In this document: positions 38,970 to 48,887 of the stretch, in pieces | Layout: each line of letters opens with the position of its first letter | Numbering within the stretch: the stretch's first letter is position 1 | Assembly: GCA_029856125.1 (NCBI GenBank) | Contig: JAHQWJ010000120.1 | Span: forward strand, 224,001-288,000 | Origin: Promethearchaeia archaeon | Lineage (GTDB): Archaea > Asgardarchaeota > Lokiarchaeia > Sigyniarchaeales > SOKP01 | Direction of reading: 5' to 3' | Length of the DNA: 64,000 nt | Program-made: the position numbers and the translations under genes | The notes under the pieces: model-generated | What the model was told of the DNA's origin: nothing | Seen by the model: only the letters and a program-made list of their open reading frames with translations | Databases searched by the model: none

Positions 38970-41900
38970 GTGGTTGAAAATAAAATTAGAAAGATTGAAA
39001 GAAAGGAAACTTTAGTATGTGAAACATGCAATAATACAATTCCAAAAGAGATTCTTGAAAAAAGTGTAGAGGGAGTAAAAAATCTCTATTGCCAATATTG
39101 TGGTGTGTCATTAAATCTCTTTCCCGATCCAATCGATAATATTGTATCTGGCGAGAGTCCTATTATCTCCCCTAATACCCAAAAAGAGTCGAACTTGACA
39201 AAAATTAAGCAAATTAGCCAAAAAAGCGATTTAACTTTGAGTTACTCAAATATAAGGAACGCTCTACGAAGTTATATTTATCAGCTGATTTATCAATTGT
39301 TAACAAACACTCCTGTAACCCTTAAAAAAATGGAGAATAAAAAAGAATTGAAATCTTCGCATATTAATATAATACTCAAAAAACTTTGGAACGAATTAAA
39401 AGACTTGAATCGAAATGATTTAGCTAATCAAGAATTGGTAAGCTCAAGACGAAGAATTAGGAATTATTTTGAAGAATTTCAATCATCGCTGCGACCTTAT
39501 AAAAAATTTCGAAAGGTTAATTTTGCTCTTTTTGCAGAAAACATCGAATTCGTTTTCGGGTTAATTTTAGGTGATTACGAATTCTCGAACCTTGCAACCT
39601 CTAAAAAACGGATAGTACTCAATTTAAAAAAGAGTTTTGGATTTAAATCAGATACGGCAACAACGAATTCGTTTACTTACAACATCTCGTTAATCGTTAG
39701 TAAAAAGATTCGCAGCATACTTAGTCAATATCACATTACAGAGGGGAACGATAATAAATTAGCATTAGATGAAATAATTGGTCATGTTATTGATTATATA
39801 GTCACTAATAAGGATAACTTATCTGATTTAAGTGAATTCAACAACTCCAAAAAGAAAAAGTTTCATAAAACACTGGAAATATTAATCGCCAATTTAAAAA
39901 CTGACTGGATTTATCGCAAGAGCTTTGAAGATCACATCTATAGATTAATTATAGTCGTCAATTCCTTAATGAGCGATGCTGATTATTCTTCCAACCTTAT
40001 TGGATTTGAGCGGCTTATCAGCCAAGGATTAACACAATCAGCTCTCTTTGAAAAAGACCAGGATTTCTCTCCTCATTTTAAACTAAATTTAACTCTGATA
40101 TTGTGTCGAATTATATACATAAAAATAAAGAATTCCCCTAGTATAACCAAATTAAGCTCTCAACCCGTAAATTTGAGCATTACGGAAGAAAATGAAATTA
40201 GAAATTCAATTTTAGATGAAATTACAGCAGGTAAAAAAATCAACTCTCAATTATTGAAGAAGTTTTATAAGTTCTCGCTAGAAAAATTTCAAACTTATTA
40301 TGAAAAATTACAATTAAAATTATCTTCGGATTTGATATATGTGGAGAGCTTTCGTAATTACCTTAGTGACCTTGTAAAACTCGTGTTTACTATCGTACAT
40401 TCAATTTCAAAAAAATCACATCTTACTCAACTCGAACTTGCTGTGGTAAAAGACTTAGCAAACTATAATTTTGAATGGTTTTATAAAAAACCAGAGAGGA
40501 CCTATTTCTATTATTTAAATTCAACTAATCATTCTAATGAAGATGAGAAATCTATTAATCTAACTTTGAATAATCAACACCTTGATAATTCCTCGGAAGA
40601 AAAGCATGTCAACCGAATTCTTAAACTTGCAAAAGAGCTAGTGGATAAAATGCAGCAACAGCAAAATGAGAATCTTAAAGAATTAGGATATGACGGGAGC
40701 ATACCTTTAAAAGAGTTTGTCTTATACGATAAAGATATAGCTAGACTTCTTCAGAAGGGCATTATCAAGGATATAGACGATTTAATCGGCATTAAGGGAA
40801 TGCTTCGATATGGCTTCGTAGGTTTTACTTATAGGGCAATCGACAGAAAAACAATGTTCTTTCAAAGTGGTTTATCGTTCGTCCCCCATCCTAATCGACT
40901 TAATTATTATCTTCGTGACTGTGTTTTCAAGCCTAAGAAATACCAATTTAAAAAAACGGGTACTAATCAAATATATGGTTGGATAGCTAAGGCAATCGAT
41001 AGAGAATGCGGTTTAGCGTCATTTAGGAAGGAAATTGCTGAAGGAAAAATTGGATCTTTATATAAGGCATTAAATAAAATGTTTAAATTTGAGATTACTG
41101 GAGTCTTTTGGGGCGAAAAGTCAGTAAGAAATGCTGAGGACGAGCAAATTGCTGTTACTTTATTAAACACTGATCGCAAAGGATTAATAAGGTTACTTAG
41201 CCGAACGGGTATAGGATACGATATTCTTAATCCTTCCTCTTTAAACATGAAGAAAATAACCGAAATTAGGCGGAAATACGGAATCTCTAAAAGTATGATT
41301 GGAATGGGGTTAAATGATCCATTATCTTCAGGACACGGCGGTTATCCCAAGTATATAAAAAGTTATATTTGGAGGTGTGGTTATTACACAGCGCTTGGTA
41401 TGTTACAGACTCAAATGCACGAAGAAATGAAGAAAAATGGTTTTTATAAAAAATCACTTCCAGCCTTTAGGTGGGAATATGCGAGGTGGTTTGGGAACCT
41501 TAAGCAAGGCAGAGAATTGTTCTTCGAACCTATACTTGAAGGTTTAAAGGAATTGTATGGTTATTCCGAAAGTGACCTTAATAGATTATTCCCACTTGCT
41601 AAGAAATTTGATAAAGAGCTGTTCATTCATTTGACTGAAGAGAACTATGAATTACTTGAAATTGCAGAGAAGATGGGTCACAATGCTGATCATCTAGGAG
41701 ATCTGGCTAAAGATTTAATTCCTCAAGAATACGATTTTATAGAACAATATAAATTTACAAGTAATAAAAAGCAGAGGTCGTTTGAAGATTTACAATATTA
41801 TTTGGTAGCTCAGAAAATATTACGCTATTATTTGGAAGACAAATCAAGAGGTGAAATTATAACGAGTTTTGATGGTGGAATATCTAATGATAATTTCAGA

Positions 41901-42323
41901 GAAGTTCTTAAAAGAGTTTTACATACTCAAAAATATTCTGAACTTCGAAATGTTGCTGAAGAACCCCTGCTAAGGCTTCTAATTTTAGATATTAATCCTT
42001 CACAAGTATCTGACATTGTAGACGATAGTAGATGTTGGATGTCGAAGTTTACGATGTATAAGAAGTTAAAAATTTACTATAAAAACAACCCATTAGTTCA
42101 GCGATTACTTTCTAGGAAGAATCTCAATTCTTTAGAAATGGCAAGAGCAGCTATAGTCGGGACAGAATTAGAGAAATATTATAAGCTGGGACTCTCGGAC
42201 AAGCTTATATTAAGGAAACTCAATAATAAGTACACTTTAACCGAAATAAGAGACTTGACTATATTGATTTGGGGTCGTGATCCCGATTCCGTGAGGTTAA
42301 TGCTCCATATTGGTGTGTTGTAA
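38970..42323 (+). CDS. 1117-aa protein: zinc ribbon, three helical repeats, divergent GIY-YIG-like domain, HTH-like C-terminus
   Basis: CETC...CQYC; three ~135-aa repeats; GFTY...QSG...NRL...FKFEI...NAE...GLN pattern. The CDS is secure; the domain call is tentative. Confidence 0.7.
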   Translation: MVENKIRKIERKETLVCETCNNTIPKEILEKSVEGVKNLYCQYCGVSLNLFPDPIDNIVSGESPIISPNTQKESNLTKIKQISQKSDLTLSYSNIRNALRSYIYQLIYQLLTNTPVTLKKMENKKELKSSHINIILKKLWNELKDLNRNDLANQELVSSRRRIRNYFEEFQSSLRPYKKFRKVNFALFAENIEFVFGLILGDYEFSNLATSKKRIVLNLKKSFGFKSDTATTNSFTYNISLIVSKKIRSILSQYHITEGNDNKLALDEIIGHVIDYIVTNKDNLSDLSEFNNSKKKKFHKTLEILIANLKTDWIYRKSFEDHIYRLIIVVNSLMSDADYSSNLIGFERLISQGLTQSALFEKDQDFSPHFKLNLTLILCRIIYIKIKNSPSITKLSSQPVNLSITEENEIRNSILDEITAGKKINSQLLKKFYKFSLEKFQTYYEKLQLKLSSDLIYVESFRNYLSDLVKLVFTIVHSISKKSHLTQLELAVVKDLANYNFEWFYKKPERTYFYYLNSTNHSNEDEKSINLTLNNQHLDNSSEEKHVNRILKLAKELVDKMQQQQNENLKELGYDGSIPLKEFVLYDKDIARLLQKGIIKDIDDLIGIKGMLRYGFVGFTYRAIDRKTMFFQSGLSFVPHPNRLNYYLRDCVFKPKKYQFKKTGTNQIYGWIAKAIDRECGLASFRKEIAEGKIGSLYKALNKMFKFEITGVFWGEKSVRNAEDEQIAVTLLNTDRKGLIRLLSRTGIGYDILNPSSLNMKKITEIRRKYGISKSMIGMGLNDPLSSGHGGYPKYIKSYIWRCGYYTALGMLQTQMHEEMKKNGFYKKSLPAFRWEYARWFGNLKQGRELFFEPILEGLKELYGYSESDLNRLFPLAKKFDKELFIHLTEENYELLEIAEKMGHNADHLGDLAKDLIPQEYDFIEQYKFTSNKKQRSFEDLQYYLVAQKILRYYLEDKSRGEIITSFDGGISNDNFREVLKRVLHTQKYSELRNVAEEPLLRLLILDINPSQVSDIVDDSRCWMSKFTMYKKLKIYYKNNPLVQRLLSRKNLNSLEMARAAIVGTELEKYYKLGLSDKLILRKLNNKYTLTEIRDLTILIWGRDPDSVRLMLHIGVL

Positions 42324-42493
42324 GGAATATAAATATCGCAATATCATTGTTAAATAACAGTTTTCCATGTAAATTAAGTTTTACATGAGTTAAAAGCGAG
42401 AATTCTACTCTTATTTAATCATGTGTTTCTCTGTTTTTACTGGAAACGAAGCAAAAGTTTGAGCTTTTTATAGTTTTAACGTAAAAAACTATC

Positions 42494-43300
42494 ATGGGAA
42501 TTCACGATCACTCGGCAATAGTATCAAAAATAAAACGAGCACCTGAGAAAGCGAATATTCACAATCTCTTTATCTTTAACAAATCTGGAATATGTATCTA
42601 TGGTTTAAATCTCACAAATCTTTACCCTATAGAGCAAGAACAGCTTATCTCTTCTTACTTTACAGCTCTAATGTCATTCACAAAAGAATTGATTGGAGAA
42701 AAAATTAAAACCTTAGAAATTAGCGGTGGAATTAAATTGGTAGTATTTGAAAAAAAATCATTATTTTACAGTATTCTTTGTAGTACAATTGAAAATTTAG
42801 AGTTTCTTGAAGATTTAATTTCTAAAATTGAATCGCAATTTATGAATTATGTTAATAAAAATAACATAAAAATGGATTTAGAATATGTTTACGACGAGCA
42901 TTTAAACTATCTCATAGAGGATATTATCAAGGAGCCTTTTACCAACGAATTCGATATTGTTAAACAAAAAGAGGTAATAAATTTCCTTATCGATTTTAAG
43001 TCAAACGACGATATTAAAGGTGTTATTCTTTTAACTCATAGAGGAAATGTAATTTACTCATCAATAAATAACATTATGTTGAAACCATTCCTAAAAGAAG
43101 TGGATTTTAGGGTGAAAATATCGAATAATTCTATTTTAAAATTATTTTATACTTCTAAAAACAAGGAGTTAATTTTTTCTGAAAATATTAACGATCTGTT
43201 TATAGTTATTCTTATTTTTGAAAGTAAAATTAAATTTGGAATAGCTGAGTTTTATTTACAGAAAGTTGTAAGAAAAATTAAGAACTTAATTGGACTGTAA
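42494..43300 (+). CDS. Longin plus roadblock-like fusion protein
   Basis: IHNLFIFNKSGICIY...LISSYFTALMSFTKEL (longin), then IKGVILLTHRGNVIYSS (roadblock/LC7-like). Confidence 0.72.
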   Translation: MGIHDHSAIVSKIKRAPEKANIHNLFIFNKSGICIYGLNLTNLYPIEQEQLISSYFTALMSFTKELIGEKIKTLEISGGIKLVVFEKKSLFYSILCSTIENLEFLEDLISKIESQFMNYVNKNNIKMDLEYVYDEHLNYLIEDIIKEPFTNEFDIVKQKEVINFLIDFKSNDDIKGVILLTHRGNVIYSSINNIMLKPFLKEVDFRVKISNNSILKLFYTSKNKELIFSENINDLFIVILIFESKIKFGIAEFYLQKVVRKIKNLIGL

Positions 43301-43451
43301 CTAAGGATAGCGTTAAGTTAATACAACTTAATTTGAAATATTCACACTTGAAATTGAGAAACTGTAAACATGAATTCTTTATGATTTATAAAATACAAAT
43401 TAAAATATCTTAATAAATAATAAAATGTAAAAACTTAAAGTGAAATTTTAA

Positions 43452-43955
43452 ATGACCAAATCAGAAGAGGGATTAAAAACAGCTTTTGCTGGTGAATCCC
43501 AAGCTAATAGGAAGTACTTGGCTTTTTCGAAAAAAGCTGAGCAAGAAGGCTTTCCCGGTGTAGCACGTTTATTCCACGCTGCTGCTGCCGCCGAAACGGT
43601 GCACGCTAATAATCACCTGCGAGTCTTAAAAGGCATCAAATCAACCGCTGAAAACTTAAAAGAAGCAATTGAAGGGGAATTTTCTGAGTTTACAAATATG
43701 TATCCCGAATTCATAGAAAATGCAAAAACTGATGGAAACCAAAGCGCTGAACGTTCTTTTAATTACGCTAATGATGTCGAAAAAGTACACCATAAATTAT
43801 TCAAAAAAGCATTAGAGTTACTGGAAAATGGGAAAGATCTAGAAAACAAACCAATGTATGTCTGTTCTGTTTGCGGATATACACAAGAAGGAAACCCTCC
43901 AGATACATGTCCCGTTTGTAATTCTCCTAAAAAGGTTTTTAATAAAATCGATTAG
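43452..43955 (+). CDS. rbr: Rubrerythrin
   Basis: AFAGESQANRKY, ETVHA, E..H di-iron ligands and C-terminal CSVCG...CPVC rubredoxin domain. Confidence 0.95.
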   Translation: MTKSEEGLKTAFAGESQANRKYLAFSKKAEQEGFPGVARLFHAAAAAETVHANNHLRVLKGIKSTAENLKEAIEGEFSEFTNMYPEFIENAKTDGNQSAERSFNYANDVEKVHHKLFKKALELLENGKDLENKPMYVCSVCGYTQEGNPPDTCPVCNSPKKVFNKID

Positions 43956-43971
43956 AAACTTATCTTTTTTT

Positions 43972-45555
43972 TTAAATTGTCCAAGGCTTATAACCGCCCT
44001 GTATTTTACGGAAATAATCATCAATTGAGAATCCCAATTCCTTTTCAGCCCTGCGCAACGCGCCCATAGTTGCTCCATAAGCGTAATACCGTAATAGTAA
44101 TTCGGAAATAGAAGAATCACCTAAAGAGATAAGTGCCTGTAATCTCGCAGCGTTGAGTGTTCTTTTTATGTGTTTGAATTTAATTTTAATTGAAGATAAA
44201 CGTCCTAATTCGTTTTCTAAGGTTTTAAATCTCTCCAATAAAATATTTAGATTTTCAGATAAATAATAATGGCATTCATTCTCATATGGGGTGTTTAATT
44301 TAGGAATAAATGGGTTTATATTTACTTTTAATTGATTTCTAGTAAAACCTAACTTTTCAATAGATTTTAAGAGAGTAACTATATCTAAAATATCGTCATC
44401 AGTTTCCTTAGGTAATCCAATTATAAAATAAAATTTTACATTTTTAATTTTGGACTCCCGAATCATTTCTATTGCGCGGAAAATTGAATCATTAGAAACT
44501 TTTTTGTTTAAGTCATATCTTAGCGAATCATTACCCGTTTCAGGAGCTATTGTAATTGTTTTTATATCGCTTCGCTCAAGGATTTGAATAATTTTGGGTG
44601 TGATATGTTCAATTCTTATTGAGGGTAAACTAAATCGTTTACTAGAGTTAAGTATAAACTCACAGATTTCAGAAAATCGAGGATGTGAGGAGACACAGGA
44701 ACCTATAAGGCTAAATTTTTCAAAATTTGAATAATTCAATCCATTTTTAATCGATTTAATAATTTCATCGAAACTTTTATTTCTGAAAGGGTAGTTATGA
44801 AAAGAAGATAAACAAAACTTACAGCGAAAGGGACACCCCCTATTTATTTCAACAAAATAATTTTCTTCAAAAATCTTTTTTATATTATCACTTTTCGATA
44901 ATAATTGGTATGTTGGAGTAGGTGATTGATCCAAATTTTCCAACACAGCACGATTTACAGGATTATCTATACTTGGGATATAAATACCTTCAATTTCTGA
45001 AACTTTGTTAAAAAAATCTTCAGTAGAATAATTGTTGGTTTTAAATTCTAAAAATTTATCAAAAAAATCTTTCAGGTTTGGCTCAGCATCTCCAATAAAA
45101 AAAAGATCAAACACTTTACTCATTGGTAAGGGATTAGAAGTTATAGCAGGACCACCACCTATTATTAGAGGATAATGTTCTGAATTTCGAGATAAATTGC
45201 TTAATCGCTTCTTAGATTCCAAAGGAATTTGAGCTTTTTCCAAAATCCATAAGATGTTTTTGAAATTGTTTTCATAATGAACGGAAAATCCTAAAATATC
45301 AAAATCTGTAGGTAATAACGCATTTTCAATGCTTCGAATGCGATTGATAGGAGAGTAGTCGTCAGACGCGGGATATTTTATATTTTCTGGAAGGAAAAAT
45401 CGTTCACAAGCATAATTTGGAATCGAATTTATCATAAAGTAGAGCAATCTAATAGAATAAGAGGACATACCCATTTGATATGTATTTGGATAAATTAATC
45501 CAAACGATAAATCAATTTTTCTCCAATCTTTGATAATTATGTTTTCTTCAAACAT
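43972..45555 (-). CDS. Radical SAM protein with N-terminal B12-binding-like domain
   Basis: YPNTYQMGMSS, IIGGG, EINRGCPFRCKFC (CxxxCxxC), TIAPETG, YFIIGLPKET, FIPKLNTP. Confidence 0.9.
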   Translation of the reverse strand: MFEENIIIKDWRKIDLSFGLIYPNTYQMGMSSYSIRLLYFMINSIPNYACERFFLPENIKYPASDDYSPINRIRSIENALLPTDFDILGFSVHYENNFKNILWILEKAQIPLESKKRLSNLSRNSEHYPLIIGGGPAITSNPLPMSKVFDLFFIGDAEPNLKDFFDKFLEFKTNNYSTEDFFNKVSEIEGIYIPSIDNPVNRAVLENLDQSPTPTYQLLSKSDNIKKIFEENYFVEINRGCPFRCKFCLSSFHNYPFRNKSFDEIIKSIKNGLNYSNFEKFSLIGSCVSSHPRFSEICEFILNSSKRFSLPSIRIEHITPKIIQILERSDIKTITIAPETGNDSLRYDLNKKVSNDSIFRAIEMIRESKIKNVKFYFIIGLPKETDDDILDIVTLLKSIEKLGFTRNQLKVNINPFIPKLNTPYENECHYYLSENLNILLERFKTLENELGRLSSIKIKFKHIKRTLNAARLQALISLGDSSISELLLRYYAYGATMGALRRAEKELGFSIDDYFRKIQGGYKPWTI

Positions 45556-45591
45556 ACAGAAATTACCATAATTCGTTAGAACATTGTATGA

Positions 45592-46392
45592 TCAAGAATC
45601 TAGCTCCCGTCCTTTTAATAATTTCTTAATTTCTCCAACAATTAAAGGTAAAACTCTCCCAATTTTATGGTTAATTACAACCTCTGCTTTCTCATCTAAG
45701 TCTGTTCTCTCATCATTTACTATTATTAACTTTCCCTTTTCTCTTAATGTATATAACGGTAAATCACACACAGGAGCAACTGAAAGGGAAGACCCTGCAA
45801 TTAACATTACATCCGCTTTCTGAGCTAAAGCTTGAGATTGGTACATCTCGAACCGGGGTGGAGCTTCACCGAACAAAACAACAGAGGGTTTAAGGGGAGA
45901 AGCGCAATAATCACATGAAGGTCCTGTTTTCTTCTCTTTTTTTAATTTTCGAAAGATTTGTTCTTTTGTATATGATGCTCTACATCCAAAGCAAGTAAAC
46001 CTATTGACGCTTCCGTGGATTTCATAAACTATTACAGAACCAGACTGTTGATGAAGTTCATCTATATTTTGAGTGATTACTGCTTTCAATATACCCAAAT
46101 CTTCGAGCTCTGCAAGAGCGTAATGCCCTAAATTCGGTTTTGCTCTAAATATATTTGGAGCAATCTTTTTAGCCATTTCCCAGAATTTAGTTGGATTTTT
46201 AAGAAACGATTGTATGTTTCCATAAATTTCTGGCTTGTATTTTTCCCAAAGGCCTCCCTCGCTTCTAAAATCCGGGATGCCTGATTCTGTAGAGATTCCC
46301 GCCCCAGTTAACGCTATAGCTTCTTTTGAATTAAAAAGTAAATTTGCTGCTTGCTGAATTTTCTTTTTTTCAAGTAAATTAATAATTTTCAT
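45592..46392 (-). CDS. cobB: Sir2-family NAD-dependent protein deacylase
   Basis: TGAGISTESGIPDFR, ITQNIDELH, HGS, CxxC...CxxC, KPSVVLFGE, GSSL. Confidence 0.95.
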   Translation of the reverse strand: MKIINLLEKKKIQQAANLLFNSKEAIALTGAGISTESGIPDFRSEGGLWEKYKPEIYGNIQSFLKNPTKFWEMAKKIAPNIFRAKPNLGHYALAELEDLGILKAVITQNIDELHQQSGSVIVYEIHGSVNRFTCFGCRASYTKEQIFRKLKKEKKTGPSCDYCASPLKPSVVLFGEAPPRFEMYQSQALAQKADVMLIAGSSLSVAPVCDLPLYTLREKGKLIIVNDERTDLDEKAEVVINHKIGRVLPLIVGEIKKLLKGRELDS

Positions 46393-46652
46393 GTACTTTG
46401 GTTAGAATTTCTAGATTAAGAATTGAATATAGATACGATGTTCTAATGGCTCGATTATTTTTATAATATTTTTAGAAATTATTAAAAGTTACTTGTTATA
46501 AACGTACAGAAAAACTATAAAATTCCTAAAATTAAAATATCTCTTATATATTCTTTTATTTAAACTTGATTCAAAGGAAAAGAATTATATTTTTCGTTAA
46601 TTTAAATTCTTTAAGGGATATTTTAAGTGATAAACTATTGTTTCTTTAGAAA

Positions 46653-47540
46653 ATGATTACTGGTTTCTCTATAATCTTAGATGATGATGTGTTATATGTT
46701 TCAAATGAAAATAAGTATCCTACATTTGAAATAGTATTATTTGTCAAGAAGTTAATAAGTAGTCTTAATCCTAAAAATTTTTGGCGTTTAACTAATATCT
46801 ATTTCGAAGGAGAGACTGGTAAAGAACGAATGATAATAAAGCACATAGTCACAGAGAATGATCAAAACCTATTTTTTTGTATAACAGGTGATTTCCTTTC
46901 TAATTCTGAAGAAATTTCTAAACTCATGGCAGAATATTACGAAAAAGTTACATTGAACTATGAAACTGTAGAATTTATTCAAAAAGCCTCAAAAAATTCC
47001 GAATTCTCAAAAATTATCAAGCTCATTACTGCTTATCTATGGGATAAATATCGAGAACCATTGGAAGATGAAAATATAGATTTAAAATGTTCTGATACAG
47101 AAAATAAAATAATATACTGTGGGATTTCTTCTCAGGGATTGCCAATTATTTCACAATTATACGACAAAACGCTTCTACACAACTTTCATAGAGAAATTAC
47201 AGGTGAAAATATAGAATTGCTTAGCTCAAATATTTCAGCTAATTTAGCTACGATAGCTATGAATACTCAAATCAGAGCTAAAACTAATATTAAAGAAGTT
47301 CATTTTGATGATTTAGGGGAAAATGGATGCAAGAAAATAATTCTCTATAGTAATATTAACGAATATTCCTTAGATTTCATTGCTTCTGGGGATTTTGTTA
47401 AAATTAAGGAAATTTTCAAACAATTAGAAGATAATTTCTCTCAAGAACAAGTTTTAAAGAAGGAGTTCATGGGTGATTTAAAACCATATAGATATTTAAA
47501 AACCCACCTCGATGATATGATCCTTCAATTTGATCAATAA
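46653..47540 (+). CDS. Probable tandem longin-like protein
   Basis: Two beta-beta-alpha-beta-beta-beta-alpha-like units (MITGFSIIL...; IIYCGISSQGLPII...LLSSNISANLATI). Confidence 0.55.
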   Translation: MITGFSIILDDDVLYVSNENKYPTFEIVLFVKKLISSLNPKNFWRLTNIYFEGETGKERMIIKHIVTENDQNLFFCITGDFLSNSEEISKLMAEYYEKVTLNYETVEFIQKASKNSEFSKIIKLITAYLWDKYREPLEDENIDLKCSDTENKIIYCGISSQGLPIISQLYDKTLLHNFHREITGENIELLSSNISANLATIAMNTQIRAKTNIKEVHFDDLGENGCKKIILYSNINEYSLDFIASGDFVKIKEIFKQLEDNFSQEQVLKKEFMGDLKPYRYLKTHLDDMILQFDQ

Positions 47541-47571
47541 TTCCTAAATAAAATGTTTCTTTCTTATTCTT

Positions 47572-48861
47572 ATGAAGGCTGTTATTTTAGCAGCAGGAAA
47601 AGGTAGCCGGCTTAATCCCATCACATCTACGGTACCAAAACCAATGATTCCTATTGGAGGTAAACCATTATTAGAACACGCTTTATTAAACTTAAGAGAT
47701 ATAGGTGTTCAAGAAATTTTAATAATCGTCGGATACAAGGAAGAAATTATAAAGAATTATTTTGGTAATGGACTATCAAAATTCAAAGTTAAGATCCAAT
47801 ATACTACACAATTAGAACACTTAGGAACAGCTCACGCTGTTGGTTTTGCTAAAGATTTCGTAGGGGATGATGATTTTTTCCTAATGTATGGTGATTTATT
47901 AACAGATCCACAAGTATTTAAAGACATTTTAGAGATTTACCAGAAAAGTAGCTGCGAAGGATTAATTTCATTATTTGAAGTCAACAATCCTCAAGAGTAT
48001 GGGATTATTTCATTGAGCAATGAAGGATATGTTGAAAAAATATCTGAAAAACCTTCTATAGATTTAAATCTTGGTAATCTAGCGAATGCTGGAATATTCA
48101 TCTTTAATCCTTTAATATTCGAAGCTATAGAATTAACAGAGTTATCTGTACGAAATGAATATGAGTTTACTGATTCAATGCAAATTTTGATTAACCAGTT
48201 AAAGGGAAAAATTAAAGGGTATATTATAAAGGATTTATTCTGGAGTGATATAGGATTACCTTGGCATCTTTTAGACGCAAATGAATTTATATTAAAAAGA
48301 TTGAAATCCAGTTTGGAAGGAAAAATTGAAGAAAATGTAAATGTGTCAGGTAATGTTTTCATCGGCAAAAATACATTAGTTAAATCAGGTTCTTACATTC
48401 AAGGACCTTGTTATATTGGAGAAAAATCCTTAATTGGCCCAAATGCATACATACGGCCATACACCTACATCGGTAATAATTGTCACATTGGAATGTCTGA
48501 GGTTAAGAATTCGTTAATTTTCTCAAATACCTCTATTCCTCATTTCAATTATATTGGCGATTCTATTATATGTGAAAATGTTAATCTCGGGGCAGGTACA
48601 AAAATATCCAACCTAAGATTTGATAATAAGAGTATATCGATGATTATCAAAGGAAAATCCATCAATTCAGGGAGAAGAAAATTAGGTGCTATTATTGGAC
48701 CAAACACGCAAACGGGAATTAATTCCAGCATAATGTGTGGCAAAAAAATCGGGCGAGATTCGATAATAGGTGCTCATACAATTGTAAACGAAGATATTCC
48801 GTCTAATACTTTATACTACCAAAATGAAAACGGGATAATAAAAAAAGCTAGAAAAACATGA
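47572..48861 (+). CDS. glmU: Archaeal bifunctional sugar-1-phosphate nucleotidylyltransferase/acetyltransferase (GlmU-like)
   Basis: MKAVILAAGKGSRL, PKPMIP, LGTAHA, YGD; hexapeptide C-domain with PHFNYIGDS, NLRFD, SGRRKLGA. Confidence 0.92.
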   Translation: MKAVILAAGKGSRLNPITSTVPKPMIPIGGKPLLEHALLNLRDIGVQEILIIVGYKEEIIKNYFGNGLSKFKVKIQYTTQLEHLGTAHAVGFAKDFVGDDDFFLMYGDLLTDPQVFKDILEIYQKSSCEGLISLFEVNNPQEYGIISLSNEGYVEKISEKPSIDLNLGNLANAGIFIFNPLIFEAIELTELSVRNEYEFTDSMQILINQLKGKIKGYIIKDLFWSDIGLPWHLLDANEFILKRLKSSLEGKIEENVNVSGNVFIGKNTLVKSGSYIQGPCYIGEKSLIGPNAYIRPYTYIGNNCHIGMSEVKNSLIFSNTSIPHFNYIGDSIICENVNLGAGTKISNLRFDNKSISMIIKGKSINSGRRKLGAIIGPNTQTGINSSIMCGKKIGRDSIIGAHTIVNEDIPSNTLYYQNENGIIKKARKT

Positions 48862-48887
48862 AATAATTAGATTTAAAAATCCTAAAT

